A DNA stretch of 64,000 bases from Leucoraja ocellata (Eukaryota), in the NCBI GenBank assembly GCA_036785375.1, contig JAWMAR010000060.1, forward strand, positions 5,022,001 to 5,086,000, read 5' to 3'. Under the pieces are notes generated by a model, which had not been told where the DNA came from, ran no database searches, and saw only the letters and a program-made list of their open reading frames with translations. This document shows, piece by piece, positions 52,523 to 64,000 of the stretch. The translations under genes were made by a program, and so were the position numbers. Position 1 is the first letter of the stretch; every line of letters begins with the position of its first letter.

Positions 52523-53805
52523 ATTGTCATATTCACTATGACGTTTATAATTCTTACCTAAAAATTCATAACCAGCGATTAAAAGTACATGGTAGTGTTT
52601 AATGCATTATTTTGCGTCAATGGGCCAGAATGTACAATATGTGCACTTTTGATAAACAAAGAAGGTTTATCAGAGTTGTAACTATCAGCTTTGAGGTACC
52701 GAATCTCAATTCTCTATAAACTATAAACTAATAGCTAAAACTCCTTAGGTAGTTTTACATACATATATGTGGAGTTCTGTCTTCCTGTCTACACTCATAA
52801 TAAACTCAAGGGAAACGATTCAAATATTATTGAAATTAAAAAAATCATCCCTAGGTTAAGACCCATATTTTATAAATATGGAACATCAATAAATTTAAGT
52901 AGATACGAATTACGATTAAAAAAGAAAAAATGTTTTTTGTGATGTTGTGCAACTGGTATTCACACTATATTAAATCAACATTTTATGCATTGTATACATG
53001 TATTAAGTGCGAAGCTAGACTAAACGCCAAAGGTGCTTTGGTATAATTCATTGTAAATGACTTGGACGATATTAGGACACGTCATTCATTTGGTACTGTT
53101 GCATTAGCATTGATTTTAGTACACAATGTACATTAATTGTAAATATTTAATATATTGATAACTATGTTTCTTAACTTTAGTTGCTGTCGCTTTTTTCCTA
53201 TACACTATATTGGTAAGCTAGATATATGAACTAGTTTTGGACATTAATATATCTTGAAAATGTCATATCTAATATTTAACTCCCGGTTATTGGAACGCAT
53301 ATTTGTGACTGCAAAATCCAGAATGGACATCTGCGATATATATATATAGATATATACATTTTCCAGAGATGCTGTCTGTCCAGCCTTTTGTGTCTTATCT
53401 TCGNNNNNNNNNNNNNNNNNNNNNNNNNNNNNNNNNNNNNNNNNNNNNNNNNNNNNNNNNNNNNNNNNNNNNNNNNNNNNNNNNNNNNNNNNNNNNNNNN
53501 NNNNNNNNNNNNNNNNNNNNNNNNNNNNNNNNNNNNNNNNNNNNNNNNNNNNNNNNNNNNNNNNNNNNNNNNNNNNNNNNNNNNNNNNNNNNNNNNNNNN
53601 NNNNNNNNNNNNNNNNNNNNNNNNNNNNNNNNNNNNNNNNNNNNNNNNNNTTTTTTCCGTGCTAATAAATCATTAATTCTTGGAGAATTGTCGCATTGTA
53701 TACTATCCAGCAATTATTTACGTTGCACCTCCATTAGGTAATAGCTAAATACGAATACTTATTCAAAACCAGTTCATCGTTGCTCCTGTAATTTGTATTA
53801 TGACA

Positions 53806-54147
53806 TAGACACATAGAAAATATGTGCAGGAGTAGGCCATTCGGCCCTTCGAGCCTGCACCGCCATTCAATATGATCATGGCTGATCATCCAACTCAGTA
53901 TCCTGTACCTGCCTTCTCTCCACATCCCCTGATCCCTTTGGCTACAAGGGCCACATCTAACTCTTAAATATAGCCAATGAACTGGCCTCAACTACCTTCT
54001 GTGGCAGAGAGTTCCAGAGACTCGCCACTCTCTGTGTGAAAAATGTTTTTCTCATCTCGGTCCTAAAGGATTTCCCCTTTATCCTTAAACTGTGACCCCT
54101 TGTCCTGGACTTCCCCAACACCGGGAACAATCTTCCTGCAATCTTCC
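53806..54147 (-). mobile_element. 5'-truncated CR1-like LINE (ORF2 C-terminus plus 3' UTR)
   Basis: RTRGHSLRIKGKSFRTEMRKTFFTQRVASLWNSLPQKVVEASSLAIFK (CR1 ORF2 end), then the tail GAAGGGCCGAATGGCCTACTCCTGCAC..TTTCTATG. Candidate TSD TATGACA at 53799-53805 and 54148-54154. Confidence 0.9.
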
Positions 54148-57100
54148 TATGACAAGACATAGTTACACACATTATCTTCTCGGCGACGGGCTTGGTCTTT
54201 GAATTTATGTGGAAACATTTCGAAACAAACATCTGCACATCCTCGTTTACAGTTGCCTCCGATAAAGGTTGCACAAAAGGATGGTCCGATTATTTCCTCT
54301 TTCTCCAACAAAGATGTTTCCTGGGTAGTAAAGCTGTACCTAGTCAGCTTACCTACAGGCTGTTGAAAAACTGTCATACCATAATGATAGCATGTTACTA
54401 TTACATTGTACGGTCGCTTTTAGACCTAATCCCTTCTTTATGTCAGCTTATGTGCCCCAAATGTAAAACACGATCGACTTGGTACTAACCTCGGTCCTAT
54501 AGTCGTAGATTGGCGCTCTTTCTGCTGCATGGAGGCAGCGTGAAAATACAATAATCAGAAGATCTAAATGAAGTCTTCCATGTCGAAAATTAATTGAGTA
54601 TTTGTGCGAGGTACCTAGTATCAGGCAGTGTGATACAGGTAGTCCAATAGCATGTGAGGTCTTCTATTTCATAATATTTCAAGGAAAGATGAGACTGCTA
54701 TGATTCGCAAATGTATTGCACATTTTCCGACTATTTAATAGATGGTAAATTATTTTAATTAACACAAAATACTGCATTTATTGATACAAAACGCAACACA
54801 GATGATTTTATTTGGCTTTTGTTTTTGGTTGATCGACAATTTACTGAATCTTTCTAAATTAATTTATCCTGAAAATGTTTGATTGAAAATGTTTTAAATC
54901 GATCGTAAACTGTCTCCAGTGACTAACTCGTTCACTGTGCATCCCCACCATACCGACAGAAGGCAGGTTATGAATTATTTCCCGTTGGATTAAAGAATCA
55001 GGGATGCCACCAGGATATCGTCAGTCTCTTCATCGGGATATATCTTAATCTGACGAGTCAGATAAGAAAACCGAGGAGTCTATATCTCCACAGAAACCCT
55101 GTCTGACCCTTGCATGTTCAGCCAAGTTCCAGGCCAGTCAAGGAGCTCTCGTGAATGACTGCAACTCAACTATTCTGATACACAAGAGCAGGGTCTATAC
55201 AAACTCTTGACTCGAAAATTCGATCACAACCGTAGGGAGTCACATCAAATCTTTGAGATGCCGGAGAGGGGATCAATAAAAATAGTCACTGTCACTTTGG
55301 GAAGAAGTAAAAGCTAGATACGTACAGCTCATATTTCTGAGCCAAATTATCCCTGTAACTGCATTGTAGCGACATAACTTTGCCGCTAGATGTCTTCAAA
55401 GTTAAATGGGAGACTTTCAAGAATGCCGTTCTTTCCCGAATTAGGAGTATCGCCCACAAGTATCGTTGCTGTTAGCTGATTGTTGGTTTTGTGTTTACCT
55501 GGACCTAGTTGAACAGCACGTATGAATGCAGAATTCAATCTTTTTAACGCGCTGCACAAAGTTGTCAATGATGAAACAGGGCGCATCATTCGCTTATACA
55601 ATTGCATCATTATGTTACACTAACTGTTGAAATAGAAAGGTAAAGCTGCAAACAGGCCTCCAGTATTCGAGGCAAGAACAGCGAGGTAGTCACCAGATTT
55701 ACATTGCCAGATGCAGAATATGGGCCAACGTCAGAAATGTTATTTCCATCGAACTCAAGATTTGCATTTACTTTGCAGTAGATTTGCGCAGTTTACCTGC
55801 AGAGGGACATCTGTGCTGAAACGGAATATATGAAATATAGTTGGGCAAATGGCCCTGCTCCAGCTAATTTAGCAAAAGGACACGGGAATTTTGAGATTTA
55901 TTGATCATTAATTACATCTGGCAGAGCACCTAGGCTTTCATCAAAGGCACCTAAATTACTTTTAAACAAATATTTAGACCCTAAGCAATAAAATGCTTAG
56001 TGCCGAACAAAAGGAGTGTCCTTGGTGTCCTGAGCTAGTTAAAACTATCCAAAGTAGTCATCCGTTCTCGTACTTTTTAGTTGGCATTGCCGATTTTTTT
56101 GCACGACGTTCTTTCACCAAAGTCCCCACCCCAAATATCTCTAATAAAACAGAGCGAGCATTTCCTTCTACCGAAACTATATTTTGCCTTTCAATTTTAC
56201 ATCGTTTTCATCTGTCGACTGAAACAGTGCTCTTCGCTCTATAAATATTACTGCATCATTACTTAAATTAAGCTTTGGTGTTCGATTTCATTGATCACAG
56301 TGAAATAAATCATTCCAAATGTTCGAAGAGAATAGGAATGTGAAACGAATCCAGAAATTGCTGAACGTGTATTTCACCTTAAATACGTTCTTTAAACAAT
56401 AATTTATTTTTCCTAGGACTGCGTTTCAAGTTTATGATATCCTGAAACAAATTAAAAAACACCCGCATTGAAACGAATTTAATGCCTCATAGCTGGATCT
56501 CTGAATTATTTAAGATCATATCGTTTTCAACGAATCATTGTCGGAAACAGGAACGAGCTAAGCGGGTGTGGTCTCTCAACATATAATCGCCCGGGCTGAG
56601 GGTCGAGATGGTGATAGGGGGAGAGAGATATCTGAGAACAAAGATCACCTCACATTAAAATAAACCAAGCCTCAACTTGGTTTCGTCGGCTGGGGCAATG
56701 TATTATTTTTTTTTCTGAGCGCATCTGATCATTGCATGCATAAACTCCTGTTCCCGTTGATTTCGTTAGATCCAAAGAATGGATTGCTTGAAATAAACCC
56801 GAAAACATCGATCGAAATATGGGTGCTGGCAAGTCAACTAGCAGCTGATTGGTTTAAACGCATTCGACCACTTCCCTAAGGTGTTTTATTGCTTCAGTGT
56901 GTTGTGGGCAGATTGGAGTAAAGGGCACAGTGTAAAGCATATTGCTCCTTTCATTCTCTCCAATGCTTCTTATCAGCTGCACTCCAACCTCTCAAAACCT
57001 AATAATGTTTGACTGGTCTCGTGTCACAAAACTAATAAGCTTATGCCCATTAACTGAAATATTTCAGTGCGCAATTATTATTGCCGAACACGTGTTTTAG

Positions 57101-59119
57101 TTGGCTCTACCTTGCCTTCGCTTTTCGAGAATTTGTTAATTATACCATTTCAGATAATGCAGGTAAATTCTTTCAACAAATAGTATTTGTAGTTCAAAGG
57201 CACGGTCACAGTCACACTGCTTTCCATTCCAGGAAGTCAAAAATATCCCCAGTGACAATTATAGACCATAAAAATGCACTAAAACCATGAGTTATTACCA
57301 AGATTAATGTCAGTGTGTAGTGCAAATGAAATTGGACTGTTTTAACGTTGGTTTATGCATTGTGGGTGTGTTGTTTTTAAACTGTACATGTTAAATAATG
57401 CTAAAGCGGTGCGGTACCGATAAAAAAAAATCCCGTAGATTTTGCTCTATGTCTTTTGAAAATCGTGTTAACGTTACGCTTGGTAATGGTAATGCTAGAA
57501 ATCTCAGGACTCTTCCGACATAACACAGGCGAACGCATCTTCATTTTTCAATTAACTACAGATTTAAGGCACTTGTGAAAATGCTGCCGCGACAAGCACA
57601 AGGCCCCCCAGCGAGAAGTCTAACATTTTCTATAAGGTAAGTCACCGTTTTTTTCTTAAACTCACAGCTCACAACGAAAGTACCTAAACCTGTAGATTTT
57701 ACAAGGCAAGCAAACTTGCGTAAATACGCGTGCTTTAATTAGTTTAGACGAAGATGAAAAACAGTTTAAAAATGGCATAGTCTAGCCTATTTCACACTGC
57801 AGTCAAATCGTTTTCCATTTAGATCACTTACTGGAGAAGCAAATGTAATTATATAAAAATCTTTAATATCCATTAAATTGCTTCCTGAAAGAGTCAACAA
57901 TCAAATCACAGCCCACCTCTACCATTGCTTCTATGCTATTCCAGTGGTTCTTAAATACATTCCGGAATTCCTTTATTTCCGTTTTGAGTTCGGTTGCTTA
58001 ACGTCACGATCATTTTATGTTCCCGAAAAAAAACGAACATCAGGGTTATATCAATACCAAGTATATCTTCATTGTTTTTGTATCTTACCGCAAAAATATA
58101 GAATGGAATGACAACAATCTAAAAATTAAGGGAAAGGTTCGTAAATATATATTGCTTTGTCAACCACAATCACGTGCAAAAACTCGGGAAAATTTCAATA
58201 AATTATTTTTCGTGACAGAAAAAGGAAATGTTTCTGAGAAAAAAAACACAGTTCAATTTGTGCGAGGAAAAGGTGCAATACGAGGCACGTAGCCTCTGCC
58301 AACTGGGGTTCGGTAGCATTATGGGGTAGTAATGTGAACCAACAGGAGGGGGAGCAAGAGGACAGCGAGTGACAACCAGAGCACCCGTGGAGCTCTGCGA
58401 GGCGTGAAACACAGATGCAGCGAGAGCTTCTGGAGTTTACTGAAACAGCAGGCAAACAACGTTTGGTGTATTGCTCGCCTCGTTCTAATCCTTCCACAGT
58501 ATATTCAGATGTCTTATTTCACCTCGAAACATATATACGCATCGCCTTTTGTTGTACATATTTTATTCGCTGCTTCAGAAATAATTTAACAGGGTGGCTA
58601 TTATAGAAATATTGTTTGTGGTCATATTTGACTTTTGTGAATTCGGTTTTTACTGCTTTGTGAAGTCTACTATGCAATGTGACGTTTTGCACATATTTCT
58701 GAATGATTATACATAACATGACAGCTTTGCAAATACACGTAAAATATTTATTTTTTCTCCAACCATAAACAAGTGATTTAGATAAAGCATACATGCATTT
58801 CTTTCAATTACAAAGATCTTCCCTGTTGGAGGGAATTTGAAAATGACAATCTCGGCGGTGCGTTGTGTCCATTTGACTGCTTCCCTGTCACCAGCTGTTA
58901 CGACGGGGAACTAATTAAGCGTGTACAATTAGAATCGATCCAGAGGGAAGATGACTAATATCCAACCAACCCAACAGACCATGAGTAGTCGGGAATACAA
59001 CTAATATGCGCCAAGACTCATCCACAGTTATTGAATGAGGCCCAGCTAGGGTGCTTTTCCAATCTCATGCCTGCTTGTTACAACTGCTTGCATTTCCCTA
59101 TCACAATTAAATTAATTAA

Positions 59120-59390
59120 ATGTCCTAAACTGCTTTATAGGAGCATTGTTGGACAAAACGACAGACACAGAGACAATGACGGTGATGGGCTGCTTGGTCA
59201 AAATAGGAGATTATTAGTTTCTAAGAAAGGAGGTAGAAAGGCCAAGCAGCTTAGGGAGGAAGAGTCAAAACTTGAGCCCTTTGGGCTGAAGGTGCAATTT
59301 CCAAATGACTAATAAATGGACAGGATGCCAGAATTGATCAAAGGTGGAGCTTGGAATGTTGTAGAACCTGCTGAGGTTGCAGACAGAAAT
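59120..59390 (-). mobile_element. Old L2-like LINE 3' remnant
   Basis: gtcctaaactgctttataggagcattgtt...ggtcaaaatagg...agggaggaagagtcaaaacttgagccc..gctgaaggtgca resembles shark L2 3' ends as recalled; highly diverged. Confidence 0.35.
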
Positions 59391-59437
59391 GAGAGAGTCT
59401 TACATTCTGAATGGGACCAGCCCAGGTGCCAACGGTG

Positions 59438-59652
59438 AGCATGGATAAGATGGGCCGAATGGCATGTTTCTTTGCTGTATGGCAGCTGAACAATTCCATA
59501 GAGGAATTGAAACTGAAGGATTACGTGATCTATGCACTATAAACAGCTCGATTGTAATCATGTTTTTGTCTTTCTGCAGACTGGTTAGCACGAAACAAAA
59601 GCTTTGCACTGTACCTGCACTGCACACGTGACAATAAACTGAACTGAACTGA
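59438..59652 (+). mobile_element. CR1 3'-tail fragment followed by Rex1-like 3' tail with (ACTGA)n
   Basis: gatgggccgaatggcatgtttctttgctgta (CR1 tail), then gactggttagcacgaaacaaaagctttgcactgtacc..cacgtgacaataaactgaactgaactga. Confidence 0.6.
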
Positions 59653-60377
59653 TCTTCAAATGTGATGAGGGCAATGAGGGCAAAACCCTTGATCGTGCAA
59701 ACTCATTCACCCTGTCCAGATTTGGTGTCCACAGTCCCTGCCTGCAATTATTTGGCGCAAATGCAGAGGATCTACGTGGATTGTTGTCCACAGCCTGGAG
59801 TCCCACTGCTTAGCACACATGGTGACAGGGTCTTGGGTGGTGCTGTGAGGTCCCAACTCTAAAACTCCCTTGACTGCTGTAAATGGGTTCAGTAATTTCA
59901 ACACCTTTAAAATGTCAGATATTCAGGCTAATTTAAAGAAATATTATTAAAATAAAAATAAAAATAAATAATTTAAATGTACATATTTTAAAATAAAAAG
60001 TAAGTTAATTAAAATGCAAAATGTGCATAAATAATTAAAATCTTAAAAATAATGCACAATCATTTTGTTTTAAACTTACCCTCTCTCTTGCCTCCCAAAT
60101 GTTTCCTCTGCAATTCCCACTGAAATAATTGAGTTAATTGATCTGAATAACCATTTCCCTGTGCAGTGCAAGGATATCCTCAGCAAAAATGGGATCTGTG
60201 GTTGAATTCTATGGAGATCACTTCTATGGAGTAAACGAACACATTTAGCCGTTCACTGCAGAGATATCAGACACCAGTACTGAGTTTCCTTTCAAAATTT
60301 GACCATCGGCTGGCAAATGTATATGTAATCTGGCCCAATATAATTTGATCATTGTATTTAGCAAAATAAACACTGTC

Positions 60378-60517
60378 TTAATGTCTCCTCCAAAGGATGC
60401 TAACAATGCTCTATGCTACACTGAAATGTCAGCCAAGATTATTTGTTAAAATCTGTAACGGATGTTGAGGCTGCAACCTACTGACTCAAAAGGGAAAATG
60501 CTAAAAAATCAGCCAAT
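60378..60517 (-). mobile_element. Degenerate tRNA-headed Deu-SINE fragment
   Basis: cactgaaatgtcagccaagattatttgttaaaatct...caacctactgactcaaaagggaaaatgcta...cagcca resembles the SacSINE1 5' region as recalled. Confidence 0.45.
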
Positions 60518-61134
60518 CTGACATAGTAAATGAGCTTAAGGATTTAAGAGCAGATTCCATGCTCACTATTCCTAGCAGGGAACAACATCCACAGGGACAG
60601 CAATGTGGGAAATAGTGTACATGGGGCCTGTGGTTTCTCATCCATTCATCTTAATAGATGGAAAATCACCGACTGTGCACCTACAATTTCCTGCATTGTG
60701 CTTCCTGTGACTGCTGCTCCCTGCTGGGAGTGCAGGATCAGCCTTTAGGGTACAGGTACAGAAATCATTAAAAACTAGCTTGCAGGTGCAAACAGAACCA
60801 TTTAAAGTTGAAAGAATGCTGGACCAACGCAGAAAGCATCAAATCTAAACGTCTGAATGTAGCAGATTTGGACTTAAAATGTTTTGTTTTGCTTTATGCA
60901 TTTTTAATTCGCCAGGAGGACTGTGTGTGTGTGCATCTTGGTGCTGCTGCTGCTGCTGTGCATAATTCATTTTGCTTTAGCTATTATTGTTGTCATTGTT
61001 AGTTTTACTGCTGTCATTATCATCTTGCCCTTTCTGAGCCAGAATCTGAAGAATACGAACAATTGATTCAATTTCAGAATGGAAGATGTACTATGCTTGA
61101 GCTGCAGAATATTCTGCTTGACATTTCCATTTAT

Positions 61135-61545
61135 GTCAAGTCAAGTCAAGTCAAGTCAAGTCAAGTCAAGTTTATTTGTCACATACACATACGAGATGTG
61201 CAGTGAAATGAAAGTGGCAATGCTCGTGGACTTTTGTGCAAAAGACAAACAACCAAACAACCAAACAAACTATAAACACAATCATAACACACATATTCTT
61301 TTACATAATAAATAATGGAAGGAAATACGTTCAGTAGAGTTAGTCCCTGGTGAGATAGGCGTTTACAGTCCGAATGGTCTCTGGGAAGAAACTCCTTCTC
61401 AACCTCTCCGTTCTCACCGCCTGGCAACGGAGGCGTTTGCCTGACCATAGCAGCTGGAACAGTCCGTTGCAGGGGTGGAAGGGGTCTCTCATGATATTGT
61501 TGGCTCTGGAATTGCACCTCCTGATGTATAATTCCTGCAGGGGAG
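61135..61545 (-). mobile_element. 5'-truncated Rex1/Babar-like LINE with (TTGAC)n tail
   Basis: Minus frame LQELYIRRCNSRANNIMRDPFHPCNGLFQLLWSGKRLRCQAVRTERLRRSFFPETIR; AATAAA followed by a (GTCAA)n microsatellite tail at 61135-61170. Confidence 0.85.
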
Positions 61546-62277
61546 GCAGGGAAATGTTAAATATGCTGCTGGACCTGATTCTGAGGCATTGATTGAACTA
61601 AAATATGTTTAGTCATGTCAATTCTTTTGTGCAATAATAAGCCACATTTCAAAATTAGCTGTGATTAAATCAAATGTAAACAATTGCACTGATTAATTTC
61701 AAAACATCTGAATTTTAATTGAATTTGAATATCTACTTTTAATTGATATGACCTGGGATGTGGATGAGATAGTGTCATCTGCAATAGTACAATTGAGTAA
61801 AAGGTGTATATAAAATAATTCATTCATATTTTATAATTATCTGCTAATCAGCAGGATTCTTACTCTAAATTAATTAATTGCATTTATTAAGGGAAGATTC
61901 AGTCATGAAAATCAATAGTAAATAGAAATGAAAAAGAAGCATTGTATGTAATGTTAATGAGAATTGCTATCAATGTGAATTGTATTCACATGATAATGGT
62001 ATCCGGTATGAATGACAATTAAATACATGACAATGTACCATACAGCTAGCTTATGTCACAGTATATTTATCTGTGAGACCGTACCATTTTTACCCTATGG
62101 GTAACTATGTTTGCAATGTTACTATGGGGTTATGGCCAGCAGGAAAATGTTAAATATGCTGCTGGACCTGATTCTGAGGCATTGATTGAACTAAAATGAG
62201 TTCATAGTATTCTTCTGAGTTGGTATATATCAATGATTATGTTCTACACAAGGCAACCCATGCCCCTTTGCATTTCA

Positions 62278-62727
62278 TCAGATTCTGATTCAGATTCAGA
62301 TTCAAACTTTATTGTCATTGTGCAGTGTACAAGTACAGAGACAACGAAATGCAGTTAGCATCTCACTCAGAAGAGCGAACATAGAATAATGGAACAGTAA
62401 ATATATATATGTACATACAGTAGCAGTGGTGCAATTTTTCTGGGGGAAGGAGTGGCCGGGGTGGAGTGACTGGCAATCACCAAGGTGCAGAGTTAAGTTG
62501 TGTAACAGCCGCAGGGAAGAAGCTGTTTCTGAACCTGCTGGTCCGGCAACGGAGAGACCTGTAGCGCCTCCCGGATGGGAGGAGGGTAGACAGTCTGTGG
62601 CTGGGGTGAGAGCAGTCCTTGACGATGCTTCGCGCCCTTCGCAGACATCGCTTGCTCTGGACACTCAATGGAGGGGAGTGAGGAACTGGTGATGCATTGG
62701 GCAGTTTTCACCACCCTCTGCAGTGCT
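62278..62727 (-). mobile_element. 5'-truncated Rex1/Babar-like LINE with (AATCTG)n tail
   Basis: RCLRRARSIVKDCSHPSHRLSTLLPSGRRYRSLRCRTSRFRNSFFPAAVTQLN, frameshifted from VVKTAQCIT; tail tcagattcagattca. Confidence 0.88.
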
Positions 62728-63316
62728 TAGGACTGTCATGCTAGATTCTGCAAAGCCACAAGGAATCTTTCTGAATCTGGGGTAAAAGTGAATTCAGTTG
62801 CATAGGGATCGAGTAATAAGTAAATGCTATCTATGCTGAATGCCAGTTGGAGACCAGTTTATTTCTTGTGTGGTGAAAATTATTCAGTTTAATTGGTTAA
62901 GCATGCTAAATTTATAAATTTTAAAGTAGAGAAAGGTATTTTTAGTTGCCAAGTATCTTGCATTAATCCATGAAAATTATTTGACAGTGAACGTCTGTAG
63001 TATACTAATGTGAAAACGATAGATGGCATTTACACTAAATATATTAACAATTCATTATGTGAATGCTGTTGATACTGCATGCTCATGTATAAAATTATTT
63101 TTTTTTACAAAGAGAGCCTCAAAATGAATTCAGTAGAAGAACTGGTAAAACGGGTATCTGAATGAACAGAAGGAACTGTGCAATATTTTGTTGGCTTATT
63201 ATGTTTATCTCTGGGTCACGTCAACTGGGGAATATATGTTTTCTCAGGAACAGGGCCGAATTGTGCTTCAGTTTATGCTACACTGAATAACCAGACACCA
63301 TAACTTAAGATAGATA

Positions 63317-64000
63317 CAATGCACTCCATAATGTTTGGCACAGACCCATCATTTATTTATTTGCCTCTGTATTCCACAATTTGAAAGTTGTAATAGAAAA
63401 AAATCACATGTGGTTAAAGTGCACATTGTCAGATTTTATTAAAGGGTGTTTTTATACATTTTGGTTTCACCATGTAGAAATTACAGCTGTGTTTATACAT
63501 AGTCCCCACATTTCAGGGCACCATAATGTTTGGGACACATGGCTTCACAGGCGTTTTTAATTGCTCAGCCTCCTTAATGCAGGTAGAAGAGAGCTCTCAG
63601 CACCTAGTCCTTCCTCCAGTCTTTCCATCACCTTTGGAAACTTTTATTGTTGTTTATCAACATAAGGTCCAAAGTTGTGCCAAAGAAAGTCAAAGAAGCC
63701 ATTATAAAACTGAGAAACAGGAATAAAATTGTTAGAGACATCAGCCAAACCTTCGGCTTAACAAAATCAACTGTTTGGAAGATCATTAAGAAGGAAGATA
63801 GCACTGGTGAGCTTACTAATCGCAAAGGGGCTGGCAGGCCAAGGAAGACCCCCACAGCTGATGAAAGAAGAAATCTCTCTATAATAAAGAAAAAACCCAA
63901 ACACCTGTCCGACAGATTAGAAACACTCTTCAGGAGTCAGGTGTGGATTTGTCAATGACCACTGACCGCAGAAGACTTCATGAACAGAAATACAGAGGCT
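63317..64000 (+). mobile_element. Defective Tc1/mariner transposon (IR/DR type), runs off the window
   Basis: TA|CAATGCACTCCATAATGTTTGG terminus with an inner repeat CCATAATGTTTGG at 63521. Transposase N-terminus VKEAIIKL...RDISQTFGLTKSTVWKIIKK...GRPRKT, start codon lost, frameshift near 63895. Confidence 0.9.

Noticed and set aside
54147-54377. ORF with homeodomain-like helix 1 (RYSFTTQETSLLEKE) and VCFE
   Set aside because: Spacing to the supposed WF is ~5 codons short, there are no Hox14 features, and a much better remnant lies at 52.2 kb; likely chance.
61135-61170. Short periodic repeat suggestive of an array
   Set aside because: (GTCAA)n LINE tail microsatellite without spacers; not CRISPR, and the DNA is eukaryotic.
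56000-64000. Evx1 expected 5' of HoxA
   Set aside because: No Evx homeobox seen; presumably beyond the window.

Overview
Vertebrate genomic DNA covering the posterior (Abd-B-class) half of a Hox cluster, with all genes on the minus strand. It holds HoxA9, miR-196, HoxA10, HoxA11 and HoxA13, each Hox gene with two coding exons joined by a phase-1 intron. The paralogue set (9, 10, 11, 13, no intact 12) and the protein termini identify HoxA. The repeat families and a decayed Hox14 suggest a cartilaginous fish, probably a skate or ray (inference). About 6 kb upstream of HoxA13 lies a degenerate Hox14-type homeobox (HoxA14 pseudogene). Its probable third exon is split by a palindromic, Penelope-like insertion with a 10-bp target-site duplication. 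The gene-bearing part is nearly repeat-free, whereas beyond ~51.6 kb CR1, Rex1, L2, Deu-SINE and Tc1 fragments accumulate. Other leads: an in-frame stop in the otherwise conserved HoxA10 N-terminal extension; an in-frame splice acceptor just upstream of the HoxA9 ATG; miR-196 sites bracketed by two polyA signals; a DR2 element in the HoxA10 intron; and a speculative HoxA12 remnant. Five N-gaps are present. All comparisons to other species are from memory and were not computed.
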